Assembly (NCBI RefSeq): GCF_006345805.1
Contig: NC_043000.1
Span: 18,042,001 to 18,106,000 of the forward strand
Source: Octopus sinensis
Lineage: Eukaryota
Direction: 5' to 3'
Length of the DNA stretch: 64,000 bases
Part shown: one piece after another, positions 1 through 12,671 of the stretch
Position numbering within the stretch: the first letter of the stretch is position 1
Layout: each line of letters opens with the position of its first letter
Position numbers and translations under genes: made by a program
Notes under the pieces: model-generated
The model's input: the letters and a program-made list of their open reading frames with translations, nothing else
Told to the model about the DNA's origin: nothing
Databases searched by the model: none

Positions 1-659
1 GTGTTTGTTTACATTTGAAGAAGAAGATCGTCACTCTCCGAAAAGTCTTTTTTTTTTTTTATATATATGGGGGGGTTAAGGTTAGGATTTGTGTTAGGGT
101 GAGGGGTGGGAGAAAAGGTTTCTTTTTGCATCGGAAATGTAAACAAACCCACGTGGGTTTATAATTGGCAGTTATGGTACTTGTACCGTAAGATTGCCAA
201 AGTGAGAATTGTTTTTGACAGAGGAAATTTGTATTCAATAAAGTTACTGATCATCACAATTTTAGGGTTACTCTTTTACTCATTTCAGTCATTTGACTGC
301 GGCCATGCTGGAGCACCGCCTTTAGTCGAGCAAATCGACCCCGGGACTTATTCTTTTGTAAGCCCAGTACTTATTTTATCGGTTCTCTTTTTGCTGAACC
401 GCTAGGTGACGGGGACGTAAACACACCAGTATCGGTTGTCAAGCAATGCTAGGGGGACAAACACAGACACACATACATATATATATATATATACGACAGG
501 CTTCTTTCAGTTTCCGTCAACCAAATCCACTCACAAGGCATTGGTCAGCCCGGGGCTATAGTAGAAGACACTTGCCCAAGATGCCACGCAGTGGGACTGA
601 ACCCGGAACCATGTGGTTGGTTAGCAAGCTACGTACCACACAGCCACTCCTGCGCCTAT

Positions 660-1390
660 TGCACGCAAGACTTTCAAAGCTTCTACTATAGTGTCAAATA
701 AGATTCCAGCCTCTGTGATGGTGTTTGGAGATGTTGCAAACAACAGATGTGTGATACTGTCTTGTTTTATCAAAACAGGTCCTCACATCAGTATCAGCAC
801 ATCTGAATATCTGAACATCCTGGATAAATTTCTGATATCATGGAAAACTCAATATTATGATCTGAGTAAGTTATATCTATCCAAGATTCTGCACCAGTAC
901 AGAGTTTAACCCTTTAGTGTTCAGATTACTCTGTTAAATGTAATACTTTTTCACTCAAATTGTTTTGAATTAATCATGCATTATCTTATAGCTTTGAGGT
1001 TTCAATGATGTGATTGTTTATTTTCAGAATGGCATTGTAGGTTAGGAGTGAGAGGCTAGATATCGTCAGTTTGAATATAAAATATGTAGAATATATTGGG
1101 CTGGATTTGGCCGGTTTAAACACTAAAGGGTTAAAGCATGTGCAAGATGAGACTTTTACTGTTTGTCCCCAAAGAAGCCTGGCTTTGAAACTCACCACAT
1201 CTGAATACATGTGACTGTTGAATGAGGGACACCATTAAGTCCAAGTCCAACGCAACACCTCACTGCAGTGTTTCTACAGTGAAGATTATTAGGAAGACAT
1301 TCAGGTCTGCAAATGTGAATGAGACAAAGAGACATGCTCAGATTTCCACATTTCTATTGAATTGGTTACATCTGTTGATGATATACATTT
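660..1390 (+). pseudogene. Tc1/mariner DD37D (maT)-type transposase fossil interrupted by a TTAA MITE
   Basis: KIPASVMVFG...EYLNIL...QDSAP continues after the 910-1130 insertion as LFVPKEAW..NSPHLN.CD...KSNATPH. Confidence 0.75.
910..1130. mobile_element. piggyBac-like MITE family 1; related copies about 58475-58694, 63255-63478, 29830-30000
   Basis: TTAA|CCCTTTAGTGTT...AACACTAAAGGG|TTAA terminal inverted repeats and TTAA duplication. Confidence 0.85.
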
Positions 1391-2484
1391 TTTATTAATA
1401 TCTTGCCTTATCTTATGATAAACAAGCGCATTCAGAGAATGCAAACCTCTGCCACTAATGTCCTCTTAAAATGAGAATATCTGAAATAAACTCATGAACC
1501 CAACCACTCACAAAAAATGAAGTAAAAAAAAATGGAAAAATAGCCCAGAATCCTTGTTTGGTACCTGATTGGTCCCAATGGTAGTCATGGAAATATGAAG
1601 GTGGCTGCAGAAAATTTAGTAACAATAATAAATAGTTTATCTTTATCTAATACAAGACAACGTTAAATTCACTATTCAAAATAATTACAGCCTAAAGGGA
1701 GATAATTGAGAAAGACTTGAAAGTTAACATAAGATCGCAATCATGTAAAATGAAATAAATATAACAAATAATCCAGAATCCTTGTCCGGTACTGGATCAA
1801 TCCCAAAATTTAAGCACTTTGTGCCAGTCACGAGGCCAAACATTTCTAAAAGTTTCATCCAGATCCATCCAGCAGTTCTTGAGATATCTTGTCCACAGAT
1901 AAACAAACAATCAAACACGGCTGAAAACAATATCTCTGCCTTTGCTAAGGCGGAAGTAATAAGCATACAAAAGTTTCTTTTTGATGCTATATTTTCATTT
2001 ACCTTAGTTACAAGCTTTAAAACTTCTCAATAAAAACAACCTCAATCTAGCAGTATAGCCTGGTGAATGAGTGCAAGTGTCTCATTTAAACCCAGATATA
2101 CTCAGTACACACACACACACATTTAGACAGGAACAACAACAATAAAAACACATCTGAATTTTAAAAGACACATGTATCATCAACTATGAAATTAAACTAT
2201 ATATAAATACTATGCTCCTGCATACATATGTACATCAGGAGCATATATTTTGGGTGTGCTAGGTGTGTGATGCTTACCCATCAAAAATGGCAAATTCATT
2301 ATAAATATTAACCTCACTTATTAATTCAATCACAAATCTTAATGGAAAACTTTTGGTATACCTCAGCTTAAAATTTGGTGGCATTGGGTATGGTAACACA
2401 CCCAATACACAAAAACCACCAATATACAAACATATATACACCCACACCTGTATAAACATTTTTGTGTAACAAAAAATATAGCAG

Positions 2485-2515
<31 letters not shown>

Positions 2516-2858
2516 AAAAATATAATTATGTTGAAGACACTTACTCAAAGTGTCAAGCAGTGGGAGTGAACCCCAAACCACATGATAACTACATAGCCAT
2601 ATCTTTGTGAATTAAGAAACAGCACTATAAAACAAGAGGAAAAACAAATATAAGATAGACTTATAAATGTGGGTTTTAAATAAATACATTTTTAGCATAA
2701 ACTACAGAATTTTTCTTAATTATTTTATGCCACCCCACCAAAAAAAACCCCCAAAAAACACTAGAGATTTTGATTTTAGCAATTTCAACTTTTATCACCA
2801 CTTCATCAATGACATCTATGAGCTGCTATTCTTTCAGCTGAAATATTAATAAATAGTA

Positions 2859-3270
2859 GGCGTAGGAGTGGCCGTGTGGTAAGTAGCCTGCTTAACAACC
2901 ACATGGTTCCGGGTTCAGTCCCACTGCGTGGCATCTTGGGCAAGTGTCTTCTACTATAGCTTTGGGCTGACCAAAGCCTTGTGAGTGGATTTGGTAGACG
3001 GAAACTGAAAGAAGCCTGTCGTATATATGTACATATATGTATATATGTATGTGTGTGTGTGCGTTTGTGTGTCTGTGTTTGTCCCCCCAACATTGCTTGA
3101 CAACTGATACTGGTGTGTTTACGTCCCCATAACTTAACAGTTCGGCAAAAGAGACCGATAGAATAAGTACTGGGCTTACAAAGAATAAGTCCTGGGGTCG
3201 ACTTGGTCAACTAAAGGCGGTGCTCCAGCATGGCCACAGTCAAATGACTGAAACAAGTAAAAGAGTAAAA
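2859..3270 (+). mobile_element. tRNA-derived SINE family A; other copies about 268-657(-), 15521-15950(+), 25421-25805(-), 26800-27090(+), 27588-27986(+), 32631-33015(-), 34538-34930(+), 35812-36215(+), 57300-57694(-), 59895-60285(+) plus fragments
   Basis: A-box-like TGGCNGTGTGG, B-box-like GGTTCAGTCCC, internal (TA)n/(TG)n tract, GAGTAAAA-type tail; more than ten similar copies. Confidence 0.92.
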
Positions 3271-3692
3271 TGCTGAAACATGTAAGATCAATCATTTTAT
3301 AGGCCACCAAGAAAGAGAAACAAAATATTGTTTTAACTATTGGTATCTCTCAAAACACTGCACCTTATGAAAGAGATGACAGAGGACTGAGATACGTGGT
3401 GCATTGGACCTGCCCACCATGACAGGGCTGAGACCCTAAAATCAAAGTGCCATGTAAAAGCACCCAGCACACTCTGTATAGTGATTGGCAAAAGGAAGGA
3501 CACCCAGCTGTAGAGACTAAGCTAAAACAGACTGGTGTGACCTCTGATCTTGCCTGTTCCTGTCAAGCTGTCCAACTCATGGATCACGGATGTTAAATGT
3601 TGATGACCTCTGTTTAACAATGTGGCCAAAAGTCTGTTTACGGAAAACACTTGCTTGTAAGTTTACTTTATATTTCTATACACACTCACACA

Positions 3693-4079
3693 TCTTTATA
3701 TATAAAACTAAAGTTGTGTGTCTGTCTCCTACGATTTAGATTCCTAACTACTCCCACATTTTGCGGTGCAGTTTAACCAAAACCGGGTATCTTATAGTCG
3801 TGATTCATATCGAGCCCTTCTGGGTATTAGTGCGCGTCGACGATGAGTTCACGATTTAAAAAAAAATTTACCATCATTTTTTCCATTTTAATGCATTTTT
3901 TCGCTATTATATAAGGGAAGTAACTCTCTAAAAATGTCTACGATGAGTCAACGATTTAAAAAAAAATTTACCATAATTTTTTTTTCCATTTTTAATGCAT
4001 TTTTTTGCTATAACTCTCTAAAAATGCTTATATAGTTATTTCCCTTACAAACCCGAGCAACGCCGGGCGATACTGCTAG
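3693..4079 (+). mobile_element. Non-autonomous Helitron
   Basis: A|TC 5' end, subterminal hairpin CCCGAGCAACGCCGGG, CTAG|T 3' end; second copy in window. Confidence 0.85.
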
Positions 4080-4430
4080 TTTTATATACACTCACATCAA
4101 CACAGCATCCCAGAAGTAATATAAGCAATTTAACTGAGACAAAAATATATATTTCATTAAATGTAGAGTCTCTGGCTGCTTTATGACTTTTGTGCCAGTG
4201 TGTGTGTTTCCGAGGTTACAGATGCAACCAGCTGTTGTGGTGGCTGCATGGATAATGGAGAGTAAAAACATGGTGCAATGTGAGACAAAAGAATCCAGAC
4301 ATCCCTTGGTAGCAACCATGCTACTTGACATTGGTGGAAAGAGTAATACTGTTGGAAGGTGTCAAAATCACTGATCCCTGTTTGACAGTTGATACAGGGA
4401 GTGTTTACAGTGCAAACTACATGTTTTACG

Positions 4431-4459
<29 letters not shown>

Positions 4460-4462
<3 letters not shown>

Positions 4463-4648
4463 ACCTCATGAGTACCGCTGGCGATTTTTTTCCTCTGTCT
4501 TCCCTTCTCTGGATCTTTCCTTCTATGTTTCCGACGAAGAGCTCCGCTTGAAACGTTAAACCCTCCTTCTTCCCTGAGCGTCCAATAATACATTATTTGT
4601 TCCACATCCTCGCGTTGTTGTGTTTGTGTTTTCTTGTTTGGATTAACT
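4460..4648 (+). mobile_element. Short Penelope-like terminal-repeat element within (TA)n; related copies 25205-25412(-), 28653-28857(-)
   Basis: Three diverged copies, each with a minimal hammerhead motif and ending GGATTAACTATATA at TA repeats. Confidence 0.7.
4527..4561 (+). ncRNA. Minimal type I hammerhead ribozyme motif (variant core CCGACGA)
   Basis: GUUU-CCGACGA-A-GAGC ucc GCUU-GAAA-CG-UU-AAAC. Confidence 0.55.
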
Positions 4649-5341
4649 ATATATATATATATATATATATAATGGTGTTATGAAGGGCATCCAGCCGTAG
4701 AAGCCACGCCAAATCAGACTGGAACTTGGTACAGCTCTCTGGCTTACCAGTTTTGGTCAAACCATCAAACCCATGCCAGCATAGAAAGTGGAAGTTAAAT
4801 GATGATGATATTAGTGCAGACATGGCTGCGTGGTTTAGAAAACTGCTTCCCAGTCATATGGTCTCAGGTTCAGTCTCACTGCATGGAATCTTGAGCAAGT
4901 GTATTCTACTATAGCCCCAGGTTGACCAAAGCCTTGTGACCAGATTTGATAGAGAAACTGAAAGAGTCCCATTGTGTGTATGTATAATATATATATCTAT
5001 ACATATAAATTTGACAGGGGCGATTCTTTCTTGTCTTGGGATTCACGGTCAAACGGTTAGGTGGAATTGTGTGAAAAATTACACAGATGTATAGAATGAT
5101 CCAGTGATGACGCTGGGCTTTGTATTGTTTCATAGCTCCGATGGTTACTCAGATAATCTACTATAATAATACTCTTGTGTTTATGAATGAGAAAGGAAGG
5201 GGTAATAGATGGATAAGGAAGGAAGGGGTGATGCCATACTTGGTAGCAGAATGATGAAAATTGTATGCTGGAAAAATAAATCAAACAGTGTTTCAACTCT
5301 GTGTGAATATATGTGTATGTATGTAAAAGGAGGATATGTGA

Positions 5342-5375
<34 letters not shown>

Positions 5376-5595
5376 GGTGAATCTAGGCTTAGCTGCTAGT
5401 ATAATCATAAATATATACAATACATATATTGTATATACAAAGAATATATATATATTGTATATACATACAATACATATATTGTATATACATACAATACATA
5501 TATTGTATATACATACAATATATATACATTGTTTATAGATATAATATATCTATTGTATATAGATGCAATATATTGTATATAAATACTATATATAT

Positions 5596-8500
5596 GTCCC
5601 CCCTTCCCATAACCATCATCGCCATGGTCTTCTATGCCCCCCCCTCCCCAAAACCATCATCGCCATACATAAAAGAGCGATCGCATTTATCGTTAACCCC
5701 TCTCGCTTCAAAATATCTAAAGAATACGCACAGATCATGAATGGCTAAAAGTTAAGTGAATCGTCCAACCTCGCTACGACTACCTTCTTTCTTGCACTTA
5801 TCCTTATTCTTTCTCTATTCTTCAATTTCCATCTCATTGTATTGTCCCTCATTCTTTCAGTATTCCCTCATTACCCTGTCTAGCTCAAACATTTTTTTTC
5901 GTTTAGACTTGTCTCCAGGTTCATAGCCACTCTGATTTTTCAATTTTTCAATTTTTCGTTTAGTATTGTCTCCCGATTCATACAAACCCATTTGCTAGCT
6001 CACGATTAACAGAACCTCTTTACTCAGCTACGGTGCACCCGCCATCCCACCCTCACCACGCATGCCGGAAGTTCCTATTCTCTTCCATTCCGGGGTTGCT
6101 TCCCATGAAGACTGCAAATGCTCTCACCATCCCTACCCCTCCCTACCCCTAGTCTCGACCTATGTAAGGTAATGTTCATACAGTGCAAAATATGAAAGGC
6201 TAGCGTTATGCAGGTTGTACTGAAGGCTACTTTACTACTTCATTTCTTGCACATGAATTCTGCCAAATGCGAGCTTTCTTTTCAGGTACACGAAGCTACT
6301 GTCCACCGTCCCAGTTCTCTAGAGCCCATGCCTTCCACACCCTCAGGGTTGGCACCCTCAACGTTGGCACTCTGAAAGGTAGGTCTGGTGAGATAGTCGA
6401 GATGCTTGAACGGAGATGTGTGGATATATGTTGCATGCAAGAAATAAGTGGAGAGGAGGATCAGCTAGGTTCCTCACAGGCAAGGAACGCAGGTACAAGA
6501 TTTTCTGGGCAGGGAACACTGACGGGGTTGGTGGTGTGGGATAATTTTTATCGCTCAGAAAGGGTAGAAAAGTAATCAGAGTAAGTGACAGAATACTTAA
6601 GATTAGATAGTGCTTCATCATAGTTTAGCAACCATTATATCAGCCTATGCTCCTCAGTCGGGGCTACCCGATGGACAGAAAGACCGATTCTATGACACTC
6701 TACTGCAGACTACCTCATTGACGAACGACAGAGACCTTATCTTGTGGCTGGTGACTTCAATGGTCACGTTGGACGACATGCTGGGGGTTCCATGGCGTAC
6801 ATGGAGGCTATGGCTATGGCTCCCGCAACGAGGAGGGAACCAGGCTGCTGGAGTTCTGCGATGCAAATAATCTTATGATTTGCAACACTAACTTCAGGAA
6901 ACCTACCAGCCACCTAGTCACTTACCAATCGGGCCAACATACCAGCCAATTGACTACATCCTTACAAGGCAAAGGGAGAGATGGCTGCTTATAAATGCCA
7001 AAACCTTCCCAGGTGAAGAATGTACCCCACAACATAGACTGGTAGTTAGTGACTTTAGGATCAGGACTAGGAGGACAACCAGAAGACGACAAATATGGAG
7101 AAGAAGGATCTGGAAGCTTAAAGATCCTGCAAATGGACAGAGATTTAGGGACATATTACTTGAAGCCTCTGACGAAGTAGAAGGGGATAGAGCATCACAG
7201 GGGGTAGAAGACAGCTGGACGTTTCTAAGGGACAACCTGCTGAGAGCCACTGACCAGATCTGTGGCTGGTGCAAAGTCCCCTCTCGACCTAGAATAACGT
7301 GGTGGTGGTGGAACAATATTGTAGACAGGGCTATTAGAGAAAAGAGACAGGCTTGGAAGGTCTGGAAAAATGGGGGTAGCAGGGAATTGTATCAGACTGC
7401 CAAAAGAGAAGCTAGGAGACAGGTTTATTTAGCCAGAGGGGAAGCAGATAAGAAAAAATTTGCCAATGTTCTGCGCCGTGAGGACCAAAGACTGGAGGTG
7501 TTTCGTGTTGCAAGACAGTGTGTGAGAGAGAATCGTGATGTGGTAGGAGAGAAGTGTGTTCGCATGGAAGATGGTTCACTTGCGCTAAATGAGGATGCAA
7601 AGAGAGAGGTTGGAGATGCCACTATGAAAGGTTGCTGAATGAAGAAAATGAATGGGATAAAGAGAGTCTGCCGAATGTTGACCCAACAGAGGGACCAGCT
7701 ATCCGAGTTGATAGTTCTGTGGTAGCTAAGGCAATTAGAAGCATGAAGACAGGGAAAGCCCCAGGCCCATCAGGAATCACTGCAGAGATGCTCAAAATGT
7801 CTGGTAGTGTCGGCTATAGCCTAGTCACCCATATAGTTAATCAGGTGATACACAAAGGGGTCATACCCAATGACTGGTGTAGCAGTATAATAGTCAACTG
7901 CTACAAAGGTAAAGGTGATGCCCTAGATACAAATAACTACAGAGGTATCAAGCTGTTGGACCAGGTGATGAAGGTTACGGAGAGGGTCATAGCCCAACTA
8001 ATTAGAGAGAGAGTTAGTTTAGATGAGATGCAGTTTGGGTTTGTGCCAGGGAAAAGTACTACTGATGCTATATTCCTGGTAAGGCAGCTGCAGGAGAAAT
8101 ACCTAGCCAAAGATAAGCCCCTGTACCTGGCTTTTGTTGACATGGAGAAAGCCTTCGACAGGGTCCCCCGATCCCTTATCTGGTGGGCAATGAGAAAACT
8201 AGGGATAGATGAATGGTTAGTGAGAGCTGTGCGGGCCATGTATAGGGACGCCGCTAGTAGGGTGAGGGTTGGAAATGAGTACAGTGAAGAATCCGGGTAG
8301 AGGTAGGGGTCCACCAAGGCTCAGTACTCAGCCCCCTCCTATTTATCATAGTCCTCCAGGCAATAACGGAGGAATTCAAGACAGGATGCCCTTGGGAGCT
8401 CCTCTATGCTGATGACCTTGCTCTAATTGCTGAGTCGCTATCAGAACTGGAGGAGAAGTTTCAGGTGTGGAAACAAGGATTAGAATCGAAGGGCCTCAGA

Positions 8501-9856
8501 GTCAATCTAGCTAAAACCAAAGTCGTAATCAGTAGGAAGGTAGACAAATCACAAACACCTTCAGGTAGATGGCCCTGCTCGATCTGTAGAAAAGGTGTGT
8601 AGGTAGAAACTCTATAAGATGCACCAAGTGTAAGCTATGGACACATAAGAGATGCAGCAATGTCAAAGGAAGGCTAACTAGGAAGATGGTTTTTGTATGT
8701 GGCAGATGCTCAGGAACAATAAACACTGAAAATGCTCTGAGACCAACTTCCGTCACTTTCCAGGGAGAAAAACTAGAAATAGTTGATAGTTTCCGTTACC
8801 TAGGTGACCAAGTCAGCAGCGGGGGCGGGTGTGCTGAAAGTGTAACTGCTAGAGTAAGAATAGCTTGGGCAAAGTTCAGAGAGCTCTTACCTCTGCTGGT
8901 GACAAAAGGCCTCTCGCACAGAGTGAAAGGCAGACTGTATGATGCGTGTGTACGAACAGCCATGCTACATGGCAGTGAAACATGGGCCGTGACTGCTGAG
9001 GATATGCGTAAGCTCGCTAGAAATGAAGCCAGTATGCTCCGATGGATGTGTAATGCTGGTACTCACACTCGGCAGAGTGTAAGTACCTTGAGAGAAAAGC
9101 TGGACCTAAGAAGCATCAGTTGTGGTGTGCAAGAGAGACGTTTGCGCTGGTATGGTCATGTGGCGAGAATGGATGAAGATAGTTGTGTGAAAAAGTGCCA
9201 CACCCTAGCGGTTGAGGGAACCTGTGGAAGAGGCAGACCCAGGAAAACCTGGGACGAGGTGGTGAAGCACGACCTTCGAACTTTAGGTCTCACTGAGGAA
9301 TGACTAGAGACCGAGACCTCTGGAAGTGTGCTGTGCGCGAGAAGACCCGGCAGGACAAGTGAGTCCACAACCCGTGGCCTTCTACATGGGATGGAGCCAG
9401 CCTACGTATGCATACCTTCCCTTCTTGGGACACAAAGCTCTACTTGTGAAGACGTGTTGAGGCAAGTGAGGATCAGAATCGAAATCGATCAATGGAAATT
9501 GCAGATGTGTTACCAGTGCCGGTGGCATGTAAGAGAACTTTCCGTTTCGCGACCGTTGCCAGCACCGCCCCGTTTCGTGTCCGTTGCCAGCCTCGCCTGG
9601 CCCTCGTGCCGTGGCACATAAAAAGCACCATCCGTTCGTGGCCGTTTGCCAGCTCTGTCTGGCACCAGTGCGGGTGGCACGTAAAAAGCACCCACTACAC
9701 TCACGGAGTGGTTGGCGTTAGGAAGGGCATCCAGCCGTAGAAACACTGCCAGATTTGACTGGGCCTGATGAAGCCTTCTGGCTTCACAGACCCCAGTAGA
9801 ACCGTCCAACCATGCTAGCATGGAAAACGGACGCTAAATGATGATGATGATGATGA
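5596..9856 (+). mobile_element. Near full-length RTE-clade LINE (APE endonuclease + RT + PHD-like finger), frameshifted; 5' boundary approximate
   Basis: LRVGTLNVGTLKGRSGEIVEMLERR..DICCMQE (APE start), NYRGIKLL, QFGFVPGKSTTDAIF, FVDMEKAFDRV, YADD at 8405-8416, RLRWYGHVARM, GRGRPRKTW; 3' UTR ending in (TGA)n. Confidence 0.95.
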
Positions 9857-10823
9857 TATATATATAGATATATTATGTATGTGTTTGTGTGTCTGTGTTT
9901 GTCCCCCTAGCATGCTTGACAACCAATGCTGGTGTTGTTTACGTCCCGTCATTAGTGGTTCGGCACAGAGACCGATAGAATAAGTACTGGGCTTATATGT
10001 ATGTAGTATCAAGTTGCTCTCAAGTGCAACTAGTAACATGTAATCCAGTACAACCTATTTCTTTACTACCCACGAGGGGCTAAACATAGAGGGGACAAAC
10101 AAGGACAGACAAACGGATTAAGTCGATTACATCGACCCCAGTGCGTAACTGGTACTTAATTTATCGACCTCGAAAGGATGAAAGGTAAAGTCAACCTTGG
10201 TGGAATTTGAAGTCAGAACGTAGTGGCAGACGAAATACCGCTAAGCATCTCGCCCTGCGTGCTAACATTTCTGCCAGCTCGCCACCTTTTAATCCAGTAC
10301 AACCTGTCGCATGGTTGTGTCATTGGTGACTGAACCTGAAACTCCACCAAGCTTGTTTGGTGAGGAAGGTGATTTATTGGACACTGTAGGACGAAAAACA
10401 AAGCCTATCAAAGGGTGGAGGAACTTAAGAGACTCAACAGTATTCTGGGCAGGCATGCAATAGGATGTAGAAGAGTTGGTGTCTAAAGGGTGCAGGATGC
10501 CCGCTGGGAATGAGGGGTCTCTGGTCTCTGTCAAGGCATCCCTCTAGGAGAAAGCTAACTCATATATAAAACACACTGCTCTGCTGAAGCAGATATCTTG
10601 CACTTTGCTTGTCTCCGGTCTTCTTGGTATTGTTAGTGAGAGTCACTGTGGTGTTGTGCAAGACACACTCAAGTTGAAACCCTTGCTTGGGCATTGCTGG
10701 GACATCTTTCAGTGAAAGTCATGCTTGTATAATGACTAAATAGCCATCACATGTGTGTTTGTGTATGTATATATATATATATATAAAACAAAGTGGAGTT
10801 GTAGGGTACTGCACAAGTGGAAT

Positions 10824-11051
10824 TATATACGTAAGAAGGTTTGAAAATGCAATTTTAAAAGATGTTTGTTTACTTTACTGGTTTCACTCTTTGGAAAAAG
10901 ATTGTCAAAAGTAACATGTAGAAATTTGGTTGCGTTAATGGCGCAACCAAATTTCTACTTGTTACTTTTGACAATCTTTTCCAAAGAGTGAAACCGGTAA
11001 AGTAAATAAACATCCTTTAAAATTGCATTTTCAAACCTTCTTTCGTATATA
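10824..11051. repeat. Inverted repeat (about 110-bp arms, 7-bp spacer)
   Basis: ...GAAATTTGGTTGCG ttaatgg CGCAACCAAATTTC... with a few mismatches. Confidence 0.95.
10962..11005 (+). ncRNA. Degenerate hammerhead-like motif (inverted twin in left arm of palindrome)
   Basis: UUACUU-uUGACaA-UCUUU ucc AAAGA gu-GAAA-CCGG-UA-AAGUAA then AAUAAA; core deviates from CUGANGA. Confidence 0.45.
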
Positions 11052-11423
11052 TATATATATATATATATATAGTGAGAGAGAGAGAGAGAGAGAGAAACAA
11101 AAGTATCGGGTATAACCAGTCAAAACTGCAAAGATAATCTGGAATTTGACTGATGAAAGAAAACTCCAAATGTGACCCGTCCTTGTTTTTTCCTGTCACC
11201 CCCCCCCCCAGTAATGGGGGTAGGTGGAGACAAATACACACACATATATACACAATGGGCTTCTTTCAGTTTCCGTCTACCAAATCCACTCACAAAACTT
11301 TGTTTCGCCTGAGCCTATAATAAAAAAAAAAACACTTGTTCACATTGCCATGCAGTGGGACTAAATCTGAAACCATGTGGTCAGGAAGCAAGCTTCTTAC
11401 TACACAGCCATGCCTGTGCATAT

Positions 11424-11465
<42 letters not shown>

Positions 11466-12619
11466 GTGTGTGTGTGAATGTATGTATGTGTACACTTGTC
11501 CGGACATCAAGTGGTGGTCATAAGCAAGCTTCACCATCTTACAAGCAATCATGCTCATTTTCAGTCATCTGTGAAAAACATATCTGATCATGGGAAATAT
11601 CATTTTGCCAAGAAACAAATGAGGGTTGGCATTACAAAGGGTATCTGGCCTTAGAAAATCCACTTCTTTCACTTAGTACCTATGGCCCAAGGCTATAGTG
11701 GGAAACACTTGCCACGGATACTATGCCATGGGACTGAACCCGAAACCATGTAGTTGGCATATATATCGGGTGGCGGATTGGTAGAATCATTAAAGAGAAT
11801 AAGATTTGTTCCGGCTATTTACATTATGAGTTCATATCCCACTAAGGACAATTTTGCCTTTCATCTGTTTCATCTGTTTAGAACTTATTCTCTAAGTCTT
11901 TGAAAGATTCTGCAAGATTCTTAGTCTTTGGTCAACAGCCTGTCTGAAAAGCCTGTTATGGTATGGAGAATTACAATAAACAAGAGATGTCTGAAAACTG
12001 AGCCCTCAAAGGGATCTATCTGAACTTGTTGATAACTCTTTCCTTGTTGACAACATTTCTGTATATGACTTATATGGCACTCAAAAGCTGTTCAACTAGA
12101 CTTAGTTTTTCTTCTTCTTAGCAACCACTAGTGGCAAACTGCAAAAAGAATATTACACCATCTGCATAAACAGTGAGGCTTATATTTACAAACATGTTAA
12201 GATGGGGGTTAAAACAAACCTAATCACATATAATTAATCAATGGTTTAATCGGTTATATGCGTTTCAAATAGAATGGTGAACCAAACTGCAGCATGTTGC
12301 AATATGCGTATTTAACTGATCCCGTATATAATCGATCCCATATATGATTGACTAAAATACTACAGTGAGAAGAGAATTAGGTTCCATTCTATTCTTATCA
12401 AAGCTGAAAGCATGAATTACTGTAGCCCTATCTAGACAATTTAGTTACACATAGCGTATGTAAGGGGGTAGTGATGGATTTATTTAATCCTTTTTCTCCC
12501 TCCATATATATATATAGGAACTGTAAATTTAGGGTGAATACTTGATAAGTGTAAGCACCTGTATATGCCAGATAGTGGCAATATATCAAATGATATCCTT
12601 TGTGTTCTGTTTTTGATTT

Positions 12620-12671
<52 letters not shown>

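Noticed and set aside
446-691. Recurrent ORFs such as RLPNPLTRLWSARGYSRRHLPK
   Set aside because: Antisense translations of SINE family A, repeated at many loci
9760-9795. CTGATGA plus hairpin as a hammerhead
   Set aside because: No GAAA after stem II; other copies read CTGATGC; part of the LINE 3' stem-loop
11145-11180. CTGATGAAAGAAAA as a hammerhead
   Set aside because: No stem II or stem I pairing can be drawn
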